A stretch of DNA of 27,446 nucleotides from Campylobacterales bacterium (GTDB lineage Bacteria; Campylobacterota; Campylobacteria; Campylobacterales; Sulfurimonadaceae): positions 1 through 27,446 of the forward strand of contig JBBRBK010000024.1 of the NCBI GenBank assembly GCA_038205935.1, in the 5' to 3' direction. Positions 1-8,289 of the stretch are shown here, piece after piece. The notes under the pieces were generated by a model that was given only the letters and a program-made list of their open reading frames with translations, did no database searches and was not told where the DNA came from. A program made the translations under genes and the position numbers. How positions within the stretch are numbered: position 1 is the stretch's first letter; each line of letters starts with the position of its first letter.

Positions 1-109
1 CGGTACAGTAGGTGGCGAACACTTTACGTGTAACAATGTGATGATGGGAATGAAAGAGTTACAAGATAAATTCTTTAACACTTTTGCCGCTGTTATTAAC
101 CAAAGATAG
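1..109 (+). CDS. purL: 3' end of a CDS truncated by the window edge, probably phosphoribosylformylglycinamidine synthase PurL
   Basis: Frame 2 reads GTVGGEHFTCNNVMMGMKELQDKFFNTFAAVINQR* (TAG 107-109). This resembles the PurL C-terminus (G-x-VGG followed by a terminal helix), and purH lies downstream. Only 35 aa are visible. Confidence 0.55.
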   Translation, partial: GTVGGEHFTCNNVMMGMKELQDKFFNTFAAVINQR

Positions 110-132
110 AGTACCTTTTTCGTCAAACTTCT

Positions 133-158
133 AGCCCGACATTATGTCGGGCTTCTTC
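133..158 (+). terminator. Hairpin after the first CDS (terminator or REP-like palindrome)
   Basis: AGCCCGACAT-T-ATGTCGGGCT perfect inverted repeat at 133-153, followed by a weak pyrimidine tail. Confidence 0.55.
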
Positions 159-322
159 AATAAACTTCAAATCAATTCTTTATAATAAATAAGAAAATAT
201 TATAATTACTTTAAAAAAATCAGCAAGCAGAGTTTTAAAAGGTTTTGAAAAATACAATGTTGTAAAATCAGCTTGTGATAAATTTTAGTGTCACGACTCT
301 TAAAACTAAAAAAGGAAAAAGA

Positions 323-550
323 ATGAAAAAATTCATCTCATTACTACTTGGAGTTACATTTTTTATAGGAATGAGTACAACGGTACTTAGTGCAGCAGAT
401 ATGAAAAGTGATGCAAATAAAAGCACAGCAAAATGTGGATCGGCTAAAAAGATGGAAATGAAAGCTGACGCTAAATGCGGTGCAAATAAAAAATCTGAAC
501 CTAAAAAGTCTGCAAAATGTGGTGCAGGCAAATGCGGTGACGCAAAATAG
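323..550 (+). CDS. Small secreted Lys-rich peptide with 4 KCG motifs; HvfA/oxazolin-like RiPP precursor or Cys metal-binding peptide
   Basis: ATG at 323 follows an AAGGA RBS (preferred over the ORF-track start at 275). 75 aa: Sec signal MKKFISLLLGVTFFIGMSTTVLSA, then AKCGS, AKCGA and AKCGAGKCG. Directly upstream of a DoxX gene. Confidence 0.75.
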   Translation: MKKFISLLLGVTFFIGMSTTVLSAADMKSDANKSTAKCGSAKKMEMKADAKCGANKKSEPKKSAKCGAGKCGDAK

Positions 551-594
551 TTTTGCCATCAATTTCTTAGACAAGCTCTACAAAGGAGTCTACT

Positions 595-1035
595 ATGAAT
601 CTTAAACAGTTGTATTTGAAATATGCTCATCTTAGTGAATATGGTAAATGGATCTCATTGTTATTTGCAAGATTAGTTGTAGCATACGGTTTTTATGGAC
701 CCGCTATGATAAAATGGAGTGATATTGATTCCATTGCTAGTTGGTTTGGTTCCCTTGGAATCCCTTTTCCTACCTTAAATGCATATATGGCTGCAAGCAC
801 CGAGATGGCGGGCGTCGTGCTCTTAACTCTTGGTTTTTTGATAAGACTGATCTCCATCCCTCTTATCGTCGTCATGTTAGTTGCGATCGTCACCGTTCAT
901 CTTCACAATGGTTTCTCATGCGGCGATAATGGTTTTGAGATACCAGTGTATTATATGCTGTTTCTATTGATCTTCATAACATCAGGTGCTGGGAGATTTA
1001 GTCTTGATAGGATTGTTTTTGGTGACAAGAGTTAG
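595..1035 (+). CDS. DoxX family membrane protein (type associated with KCG-peptide loci)
   Basis: AAGGAG RBS. Hydrophobic helices with DoxX hallmarks: LLFARL, F.SLGIPFP, E..G..LL.LG, and C-terminal GAGRFSLD. Confidence 0.85.
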   Translation: MNLKQLYLKYAHLSEYGKWISLLFARLVVAYGFYGPAMIKWSDIDSIASWFGSLGIPFPTLNAYMAASTEMAGVVLLTLGFLIRLISIPLIVVMLVAIVTVHLHNGFSCGDNGFEIPVYYMLFLLIFITSGAGRFSLDRIVFGDKS

Positions 1036-1096
1036 AGTATTACGCCAGTCAAGCTTGAAATGATTTACATGTAAAGTTCTCTTGAGTGTAAGGATA

Positions 1097-1130
1097 TTGA
1101 CATCAAAAAGTAATTACAATATAATTACTT
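1097..1130 (+). promoter_or_regulatory. sigma70 promoter of the TA operon with an overlapping palindromic operator
   Basis: TTGACA (1097-1102), 17 bp spacer, TATAAT (1120-1125). Inverted repeat AAGTAATTA-N5-TAATTACTT (1108-1130) overlaps the -10 box. Confidence 0.85.
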
Positions 1131-1146
1131 AAAAAAGGAGTTAGAT

Positions 1147-1407
1147 ATGACGACTTTAATTAAAATCGGAAACTCACAAGGTATTCGACTTCCAAAAACG
1201 ATCATAAAACAAGCTCACTTAGAAAGTGTCAATCTAGAATTTGAAGTTGTTGAGAATGGTTTATTGATTAAACCCGTAAATAACGTGGCAAGAGAGATGT
1301 GGGAAGAAAATATAAAGAGTGTTTTATCGGCAAATAAAAACAAAAAAGACGAAGCACTTTTAGGTGATCTACTTAATGATAGCGATTTGGATGATTACGA
1401 ATGGTAG
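1147..1407 (+). CDS. mazE: AbrB/MazE-family antitoxin
   Basis: N-terminal swapped-hairpin motif IKIGNSQGIRLPK, acidic C-terminus ending in ...YEW, AAGGAG RBS, overlaps the toxin start by 7 nt. Confidence 0.9.
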   Translation: MTTLIKIGNSQGIRLPKTIIKQAHLESVNLEFEVVENGLLIKPVNNVAREMWEENIKSVLSANKNKKDEALLGDLLNDSDLDDYEW

Positions 1408-1727
1408 TCGATATCAAGAGATTTGAGATTTATCTGGTGAAATTAAATCCTACGGTTGGGTCTGAAATACAAAAGACACGTCCTTGCATCGTAATCTCGC
1501 CAAATGAGATGAATGTACTTAATACCGTTATCGTAGCACCCATGACGAGCAAGGGATTTGAGTTTATATTTAGACCGAAGATAAAATTTGAAGATAAAAA
1601 CGGATTGGTATTACTCGATCAAATCAGAACTGTCGATAAAGCAAGACTAGTAAAAAAAATCGGCGAAGTTGATGAAAAGGTGTCGAAAAATATTTCAAAT
1701 ATGCTGGTGAAGATGTTTGAATATTGA
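1401..1727 (+). CDS. mazF: PemK/MazF-family mRNA interferase toxin
   Basis: Motifs LNPTVGSEIQKTRPCIVIS, VIVAPMTS and DQIRTVDKARL. Confidence 0.92.
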   Translation: MVVDIKRFEIYLVKLNPTVGSEIQKTRPCIVISPNEMNVLNTVIVAPMTSKGFEFIFRPKIKFEDKNGLVLLDQIRTVDKARLVKKIGEVDEKVSKNISNMLVKMFEY

Positions 1728-1793
1728 GTGGAAACTCTTTACATGTAAGCGCTCTTTGGTGCAAGCGTCTTCTTTCTCACTTTTTTATAAGAC

Positions 1794-2192
1794 TTCTCTC
1801 ATACTTTTTTCTGCCGAAAAAAAAGTATGCAAAAAAGCTCGTGTCAGCAAGATGGATTTCTTAACGCTTTGTTTCGGTCGCTACGTCTAAAAATGCAAAA
1901 CTCGGCTACACCTCAAACAGTTGCATTTTCTTTACGACTCCACTCGGTCAAAAAAGCTAAAATCCAAAGTGACACCCCATCGCCGACAAAACTCACCCGT
2001 CAGTTGCAACATCTGCAGAGCCAAGAAAGAAAAATGTAATGACGTTAAGAAAATTCAACTGTTTGAGGTGTAGCCGAGTTTTGAATTTTTAGGGATTTGT
2101 GAATAGTTTATTGGGAACTTGCCAAAGGCAAGCTCGAAGCCGTTGCAAGAGCTTTTTGGTACTTTTTTGCGAAGAAAAAAGTACAGAGAGAA
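1794..2192. repeat. ~400 bp non-coding nested-palindromic element (MITE/REPIN-like)
   Basis: Imperfect outer inverted repeats at 1794-1840 and 2149-2192, each with an internal TACTTTTTT...AAAAAAGTA hairpin. Inner 50-bp inverted repeats at 1887-1936 and 2043-2092 match at 47/50. Confidence 0.75.
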
Positions 2193-2277
2193 ATTCTTTA
2201 CATATAAGTATATTTATATCATTTAAGTAAATACGAGTCATATTTTAATTGAATTTTTATACAAAAGCATCATATAT

Positions 2278-2694
2278 TTACAAATACATAAACTGCGACA
2301 AAAAAATCATAATAACAACAAGTATGAGCGGAAAGAGGTGGCTTTTAAATACCCATGGATTGATGCCGAAAAACTTTTGATTGATGCCGCGAAATCCTAG
2401 CCAAATGCCTAAAAATGCTTTGATGCTGAGCATTATCTGAAAACGGCTGAGTCCTTCGTCCTTTATCTCTCCAAAGATTTGAGAGAACATATAAAGTCCG
2501 CTTGCGACTGCAACCATAAGAGCGTAAGGCACTACTTTCCTTACATGTACCATTATCGCTTCTTTTGCCTTTTTTGCCTCATCTTCGCCGAGAGTACGCG
2601 CTATTTTGGAGAGAAAAAGATTATCGACAAAAAGAAATCCGCCGTAGATGAAGATGGAGTAGAGATGGATGGTGTGGATGATTGCGTAGATGAT
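2278..2694 (-). CDS. Four-TM membrane protein, CopD-like family of Campylobacterota; apparent ATC start
   Basis: The frame of the 2278..2553 ORF stays open upstream to a TAA at 2719-2721. An AAGGA RBS sits 6 nt before ATC at 2694, giving (M/I)IYAIIHTIHLYSIFIYGGFLFVDNLFLSK...; His in TM1 and in C-terminal HLFP. The family call is from recall, not a search. Confidence 0.55.
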   Translation of the reverse strand: MIYAIIHTIHLYSIFIYGGFLFVDNLFLSKIARTLGEDEAKKAKEAIMVHVRKVVPYALMVAVASGLYMFSQIFGEIKDEGLSRFQIMLSIKAFLGIWLGFRGINQKFFGINPWVFKSHLFPLILVVIMIFLSQFMYL

Positions 2695-2832
2695 AGGAAA
2701 TCCTTTTTTTAATTTGAATTATAGTTATTTTTGCAAAAACTCTTGTTGATTGCGGTCAATAAACTCGTAAGTTTACCTTTTTATAAACTCCGATAGGATA
2801 AAATTCCACAATTTATTTTTACAAGGTCTTTC

Positions 2833-4368
2833 ATGAAAAGAGCATTACTAAGTGTTAGCGATAAGAGCAACATAGTCGAATTTGCAAAATCGTTAGTATC
2901 TAACGGATTTGAAATAATCTCTACAGGTGGAACATATAAGATTCTAGTTGAAAGCGGCGTTAAAGCAATAGAGATTGATGAAGTTACAAAGTTTCCTGAG
3001 TGTTTTGAAGGACGTGTAAAGACTTTAAATCCATACGTTCATGGTGGTATTTTGCACCGTCGTGACAAACAGTCTCACTTGGATCAGGCAAAAGAGCTTG
3101 GCGTTGAGGCTATCGACTTGGTGTGTGTAAACCTTTACCCGTTTAAAGCGACAATCGAGAGAACTGATGATTTTGAAGAGATCATCGAAAACATCGATAT
3201 CGGTGGGCCTGCGATGGTGAGAAGTGCTGCGAAGAACTTTGACAGTGTTATCATCGTGACTGATCCGAGTGACTATTCACTTGTTCTTAATGCTATCAAA
3301 CAAGATACAAACACAGTAGAGTTCAGACGTTCATTGATGATAAAAGCGTATGAGCATACTGCGGCGTACGACTCTATGATCGCAAACTATATGAACTCAC
3401 GCTTCAACAACGGCATGGGCGACAAACAATTCATAGTAGGAAATAAAGTGATGGATACTCGTTATGGTGAAAACCCTCACCAAAAGGGTGCTTTGTACGA
3501 GTTTGACAAGTACTTTTCTAAAAACTTCACGACACTCAAAGGTGAGGCAAGTTTTAACAACCTTACAGACATCAACGGTGCCGTGAAGATCGCTGCTGCT
3601 TTTGGCGATGACAATGCGGTATGTATTGTAAAACACGGAAATCCATGTGGTTTTGCAATCAAAGACAACCTTTTAGAAGCTTACACAGAAGCACTCAAAT
3701 GTGATCCTGTTTCTGCATTTGGCGGAGTTGTTGCGGTAAACGGCACTGTTGATAAAGCGTTGGCAGAAAAGATGAACGAGATATTTTTAGAAGTCATCAT
3801 CGCTGGACGTTTCACAGCAGAAGCTCAAGAAGTGTTTACTGCTAAGAAGCGTATCAAGCTTTTTGAGTATGGCAGTGATAAGTTGGTTCTTGCAAATGAC
3901 ACTTATGACTTCAAACATATTGATGGCGGTTTTGTGTTCCAAGACGCTGATAAAGTGGGTGAAGATGAGGTTAAAAACTCGAAACTTGTAAGTAACAAAT
4001 CTGCAACCGCGCAAGAGTTAAAAGATATGGAGATCGCTTACAAAGTAGCATCTTTGACAAAATCAAATTGTGTTGTTTATGTGAAAAACTCTGCGATGGT
4101 AGCCGTGGGCATGGGTATGACATCTCGCGTAGATGCAAGCCAATGTGCGCTTAAAAAAGCCAAAGAGATGGGTCTTGATGTGAGCGGAGCTGCATTAGCT
4201 TCGGAAGCATTTTTCCCTTTCCGTGATAGCATCGATGCGGCTGCGGCAGCTGGTGTAAAAAGCGTAATCGAGCCGGGTGGTTCTATCCGTGATGATGAAG
4301 TCATAGATGCTGCAAATGAGCACGGCATGGCACTTTACTTCTCTGAGACTAGACACTTTCTTCATTAG
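2833..4368 (+). CDS. purH: Bifunctional AICAR transformylase / IMP cyclohydrolase
   Basis: [51 protein letters not shown] and terminal RHFLH. Confidence 0.98.
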   Translation: MKRALLSVSDKSNIVEFAKSLVSNGFEIISTGGTYKILVESGVKAIEIDEVTKFPECFEGRVKTLNPYVHGGILHRRDKQSHLDQAKELGVEAIDLVCVNLYPFKATIERTDDFEEIIENIDIGGPAMVRSAAKNFDSVIIVTDPSDYSLVLNAIKQDTNTVEFRRSLMIKAYEHTAAYDSMIANYMNSRFNNGMGDKQFIVGNKVMDTRYGENPHQKGALYEFDKYFSKNFTTLKGEASFNNLTDINGAVKIAAAFGDDNAVCIVKHGNPCGFAIKDNLLEAYTEALKCDPVSAFGGVVAVNGTVDKALAEKMNEIFLEVIIAGRFTAEAQEVFTAKKRIKLFEYGSDKLVLANDTYDFKHIDGGFVFQDADKVGEDEVKNSKLVSNKSATAQELKDMEIAYKVASLTKSNCVVYVKNSAMVAVGMGMTSRVDASQCALKKAKEMGLDVSGAALASEAFFPFRDSIDAAAAAGVKSVIEPGGSIRDDEVIDAANEHGMALYFSETRHFLH

Positions 4369-4377
4369 AAATAATCC

Positions 4378-4406
4378 TTACATGTAAGAGCTTTTCTTAC
4401 ATGTAA
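4378..4406. repeat. Pair of TTACATGTAA palindromes forming a 12-bp inverted repeat just after purH (possible terminator)
   Basis: TTACATGTAAGA-GCTTT-TCTTACATGTAA begins 10 nt after the purH stop. Confidence 0.7.
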
Positions 4407-4424
4407 TCTTCCAAATCTCCTTAA

Positions 4425-4463
4425 AAAACTTGATTGACACTGACTCAAGTTTTATGATATAAT
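4425..4463 (+). promoter_or_regulatory. HAIR (HspR operator) overlapping the sigma70 promoter of cbpA-hspR
   Basis: CTTGATT-N7-ACTCAAG (4429-4449) versus the HAIR consensus CTTGAGT-N7-ACTCAAG. TTGACA at 4434-4439 and extended -10 TGaTATAAT at 4455-4463. hspR is in the downstream operon. Confidence 0.85.
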
Positions 4464-4502
4464 CCCACATAACAATTTAATATATATAATCAGGATACAA
4501 AT

Positions 4503-5366
4503 ATGAGCAAATCATTATATGACACTTTAGGAATTACACAAAGTGCAACAGAAGCAGAAATAAAAAAAGCGTATAGAAAACTTGCACGTCAATTTCATCC
4601 AGATATTAACAAAGAACCAGATGCTGAAGATAAATTTAAAGAAGTGAATGCTGCATATGAGATACTAAGCGACAAGACGAAACGCGCTCAGTATGATCAA
4701 CATGGTGACTCTATGTTTGGCGGACAAAATTTTCATGACTTTGCAAGTTCACGCGGTGGCAATGTCGATCTTGATGAGATTCTTCGTAATATGTTTGGTG
4801 GCGGTGGCGGTTTTGGCGGAAGTTCACGCGGGGGTTTTGGTGGTGGAGGCTTTCAACAAGAAACAAATCTTGACATCGAATCAAATGTAACTATCCCTTT
4901 TGTCGTTTCAATACTCGGCGGTTCACACTCAGTGTCTGTTAATGGTGAGAGATTTGATATCAAAATTCCAGCGGGTGTGAAAAGCGGTGAAAAGCTTCGT
5001 GTGCGAGGCAAAGGTCATGCTCAAGGCGGACGTGCCGGAGATCTTTTTTTAAAGATAAACGTAGCCACTTCCTCTGAGTACGAAAGAGATGGAGATAATC
5101 TCATTAAAACGATCGATGTTCCTTTACATGCAGCACTTTTTGGAGATAAGATCAGCATTCAAACGCTTGAGAAAGAGATTAAACTTAAAATCCCACAAAA
5201 CACGAAAAATGGCCAAAGTTTTCGTGTCAAAGAGATGGGTGTTTTAAATCGTAAGACAAATGGTAGAGGTGATCTTTATCTTAAAGCAAACATAGTTCTG
5301 CCACAAGTTGAGAGTTTAGATGAAGCATTAGTGAAAATGATGCAAGAAAAATTACCACAGGAGTAG
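4503..5366 (+). CDS. cbpA: DnaJ-class co-chaperone CbpA (J domain, G/F-rich region, no Zn finger)
   Basis: HPD motif (FHPDINK), G/F-rich linker, DnaJ C-terminal domain, no CxxCxGxG repeats; adjacent to hspR. Confidence 0.9.
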   Translation: MSKSLYDTLGITQSATEAEIKKAYRKLARQFHPDINKEPDAEDKFKEVNAAYEILSDKTKRAQYDQHGDSMFGGQNFHDFASSRGGNVDLDEILRNMFGGGGGFGGSSRGGFGGGGFQQETNLDIESNVTIPFVVSILGGSHSVSVNGERFDIKIPAGVKSGEKLRVRGKGHAQGGRAGDLFLKINVATSSEYERDGDNLIKTIDVPLHAALFGDKISIQTLEKEIKLKIPQNTKNGQSFRVKEMGVLNRKTNGRGDLYLKANIVLPQVESLDEALVKMMQEKLPQE

Positions 5367-5369
5367 AGC

Positions 5370-5747
5370 ATGCCACACCATTATGATGAACCCGTTTATC
5401 TCATAAGTGTTGTCTCTAAGATCTTAGAGATTCATCCTCAGACATTGCGCCAGTACGAGAGAGAAAATCTCATAATTCCATCACGTTCTGATGGGCGTAT
5501 TCGTATGTATTCACAACGAGATATTGATAGAATTAAAATGATTTTGCGCTTAACACGTGAGCTTGGGGTAAATCTCGCTGGTGTGGATGTAGCGATACGT
5601 TTAAAAGATCAGATAGATGATATGGAGCTTGAGATTGCAGAACTGCGTCATGAGATTTCTCGCCTACGAAACTCTTCTTCGGTGGCGCCAGACAAGTCTT
5701 TAGTGACGAAAAAAAGTATCTACGAGATGATTATTTTTAAAGAGTAG
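5370..5747 (+). CDS. hspR: MerR-family heat-shock repressor HspR
   Basis: YDEPVYLISVV..L.IHPQTLRQYERE, GVNLAGV; HAIR upstream of the operon. Confidence 0.93.
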   Translation: MPHHYDEPVYLISVVSKILEIHPQTLRQYERENLIIPSRSDGRIRMYSQRDIDRIKMILRLTRELGVNLAGVDVAIRLKDQIDDMELEIAELRHEISRLRNSSSVAPDKSLVTKKSIYEMIIFKE

Positions 5748-5754
5748 AAAAGTT

Positions 5755-7017
5755 CTACTCTTTTGCTCTTTCTATTTTTGCTCCAACAGCTTCGAGTTTT
5801 TTCTCTAACTTTTCATATCCTCGATCAAGATGATAGATACGGTGGATACTTGTTTCTCCATCGGCTACCATAGCCGCCAGAACAAGTGCGCTCGATGCGC
5901 GAAGGTCAGTTGCCATAACATCTGTACCTGAAAGTTTTGTAGCACCTTTGATGGTTGCCGTGTGACCGTTTAGCTTAATATCTGCACCAAGACGTTGTAA
6001 TTCACTCACATGCATAAATCTATTTTCAAACAACCTCTCTTCTATCGTTGAAACGCCTTCTGCTTGAGTAGCAAGTGCTAAAAACTGAGCTTGCATATCT
6101 GTCGGAAATCCTGGATACTCTTGAGTTACGATATCCACAGCTTTGATGACTTTGGCTGGATGGATAGTCAGAGAATTTTCCCCTTTTGTAAAGGTACAAC
6201 CCATCTCTTCGAGTTTTGAGATAATTGCGCCAAGATGGCCTAATCTTACTTTGTTGAGAGTTAGTTCAGATTTTGTGATTGCCGCTGCACAAAGATAGGT
6301 GCCTATCTCGATACGGTCAGGGATAACGCTAAATGCTTTGATGTCAATAAGTTCTCTATCAGAACCCTCAATTGTTAATATTGCAGTTCCAACTCCATCG
6401 ATCTTCACACCGCTATCTCTTAAAACTTCACACAGTTGTACTACTTCAGGCTCACGCGCTGCATTGATAATAGTCGTTGTTCCACGAGCAAGAGCCGCCG
6501 CCATAATGATGTTTGCTGTTCCTGTAACGGTGATCTTGTCAAAGTTGATATCACAACCAACCAAACCATCCGGCGCTTCAGCTTTGACATATCCAGCTTC
6601 AATCGTGATCTTTGCACCCATATGCTCTAAAGCTTTAAGGTGTAAGTCTATTGGACGCTGACCTATAGCACATCCACCTGGAAGAGAAACTTCACAATGC
6701 CCAAAACGAGCCAAAAGTGGTCCTAAAACCAAGATGGACGCACGCATCGTTTTTACAATATCGTAAGTCGCTTTTGTGTGGTGGACTGTTGATGTGTTGA
6801 TATCTAAAGTATTATTTGCAAATGTATATTCTGCACCCAAGTTACCAAGAAGTTTTAGAAGTGTTTTTATATCTACAACTTCTGGAAGGTTTGTGATTTG
6901 TAAATCACCTTTTGCTAAAAGAGTCATCGCTATAATTGGTAAAGCCGCGTTTTTTGCACCTGATATCTCTATTGTTCCGCCGAGTTTTGTGTTGCCCTGT
7001 ATCTTTAAGTAATCCAT
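5755..7017 (-). CDS. murA: UDP-N-acetylglucosamine 1-carboxyvinyltransferase
   Basis: [31 protein letters not shown] (catalytic Cys present), [21 protein letters not shown]. Likely start MDYLKI at 7017. Confidence 0.97.
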   Translation of the reverse strand: MDYLKIQGNTKLGGTIEISGAKNAALPIIAMTLLAKGDLQITNLPEVVDIKTLLKLLGNLGAEYTFANNTLDINTSTVHHTKATYDIVKTMRASILVLGPLLARFGHCEVSLPGGCAIGQRPIDLHLKALEHMGAKITIEAGYVKAEAPDGLVGCDINFDKITVTGTANIIMAAALARGTTTIINAAREPEVVQLCEVLRDSGVKIDGVGTAILTIEGSDRELIDIKAFSVIPDRIEIGTYLCAAAITKSELTLNKVRLGHLGAIISKLEEMGCTFTKGENSLTIHPAKVIKAVDIVTQEYPGFPTDMQAQFLALATQAEGVSTIEERLFENRFMHVSELQRLGADIKLNGHTATIKGATKLSGTDVMATDLRASSALVLAAMVADGETSIHRIYHLDRGYEKLEKKLEAVGAKIERAKE

Positions 7018-7089
7018 GTTTGTCTTTATCTTTTTTAAGATATTATATCTTTTTAAAGTTTGTTTTTGCATAAAAGGAAGTTATAAATT

Positions 7090-7515
7090 ATGAGTAGTGC
7101 ATTAGATAGATTGAAAAATCTTTCGTCCAAAATATCCGGATATGAGATGACTAGAAAAGAGAATTTAAAATTACTTGAAGAGCTATTTAAGAGCTTACAT
7201 GTAAATGAAAAGATAGAAAAATTTTCAGATATTTTTGAGTTTAAAGCAATCAATCTTTCGGGTGTTTCTCTTAAAGATGATGATCTAGGTGAAATCAAAA
7301 AGGGAAAATATCTTCAAATACTAGCAATTTCTTATGATAAAGATGCTCTAGTAAAGAGTAAAAATATTTCGCTTGCATATTTTGGACGAGTGGAAAATAT
7401 AGATGAAAAACTTAAAAATGAGGTTGTTGCCTTTGTTCTTCGTTGGAGATTTGAGAAAAGTTTTATGACATTAGAGCATTATCATAATCTCTTGGAATCA
7501 CATACGAGTGCGTAA
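7090..7515 (+). CDS. Hypothetical protein
   Basis: 141-aa ORF after an AAGGA RBS, divergent from murA, first gene of a tightly packed + strand run. Confidence 0.75.
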   Translation: MSSALDRLKNLSSKISGYEMTRKENLKLLEELFKSLHVNEKIEKFSDIFEFKAINLSGVSLKDDDLGEIKKGKYLQILAISYDKDALVKSKNISLAYFGRVENIDEKLKNEVVAFVLRWRFEKSFMTLEHYHNLLESHTSA

Positions 7516-7530
7516 ATTTGCTTAAAATTA

Positions 7531-8256
7531 ATGGGTCAAACTAAAATGTTGATTTATATTGATGTCGAAACCACCGGATTAGAGCAAAATGACAGAGTGT
7601 GCGCTGTTGGTTTGATCGTATTAGATGAAGAGGTTTTAGTATATAAAGAACTTATTAAACCTCCCAAAAAGATGCGTCCAGAAGCTTCGGCTATAAACCA
7701 TATAACAGATGAAATGCTCAAAGAGAAAAAGAGTTTTGAAAATTCAAAGATAAAAGAGATACTGGAAAAATATAATACAATTGATACAACTTTTGTCGGT
7801 CATAATATTGCTTTTGATATCGCAATGCTTAAATATGAGGGCTTCATTTTTCACGGAGCATTTATTGATACACTCAAATGTACAAGAGCGTTAATACAAG
7901 AGTGTGAACAGTTTTCTTTGCAGTATCTTCGATATGAACTCAAACTTTATAAAGATGAATTAAGAGTTGCAGATGAACTTGGTATAGAGTTACAAGCTCA
8001 CGAAGTGCTCAGCGATGCCTTACATGTAAGACTTTTGCACAAGTATCTCAATGATATGGCAGATGATGAAAAACTTCAAGAACTCAGTTCCCATCCAATC
8101 CTAATACAAAAGCTGAGTTTTGGAAAATACAAGGGTCGTTTTATAGAAGAAATCGTTATGAGTGATGTGGCATACTTGAGTTGGGTGCTAAGTAGTGTTG
8201 AGTCATTAGATGAGGATATGCGATACTCCATTGAGTATCACATGAAGATGCTATAA
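7531..8256 (+). CDS. DEDDh 3'-5' exonuclease (DnaQ/ExoX-like) with C-terminal FGKYKG domain
   Basis: Exo I DVETTG, Exo II GHNIAFD, Exo III H...SDA; C-terminal LSFGKYKG...YLSW. The start may be at 7546. Confidence 0.85.
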   Translation: MGQTKMLIYIDVETTGLEQNDRVCAVGLIVLDEEVLVYKELIKPPKKMRPEASAINHITDEMLKEKKSFENSKIKEILEKYNTIDTTFVGHNIAFDIAMLKYEGFIFHGAFIDTLKCTRALIQECEQFSLQYLRYELKLYKDELRVADELGIELQAHEVLSDALHVRLLHKYLNDMADDEKLQELSSHPILIQKLSFGKYKGRFIEEIVMSDVAYLSWVLSSVESLDEDMRYSIEYHMKML

Positions 8257-8289
8257 TACGCGTCGAAAAAATTAGTAAAAAGAGAAAAA

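Noticed and set aside
201..220. TATAATTACTT-AAAAAA resembling the TA promoter -10/operator half-site at 1120-1136
   Set aside because: Short and extremely AT-rich, and the other half of the palindrome is missing; chance similarity or an ordinary -10 box
268..574. Minus-strand ORFs 268..531 and 344..574
   Set aside because: Antisense shadows of the low-complexity KCG peptide gene
1827..2039. 70-aa ORF inside the palindromic element
   Set aside because: No RBS, its start lies within the outer inverted repeat, and it shows no recognisable domain; probably incidental
1794..2192. CRISPR array or integron attC interpretation of the repeats
   Set aside because: The repeats are inverted and nested, not regularly spaced direct repeats; no cas or integrase gene and no clear RYYYAAC/GTTRRRY ends
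2479..2712. 77-aa + strand ORF
   Set aside because: Antisense to the better-supported membrane-protein frame
7018..7071. N-terminal extension of MurA in the ORF track
   Set aside because: MurA similarity starts at MDYLKI (7017); the extension overlaps the divergent promoter region
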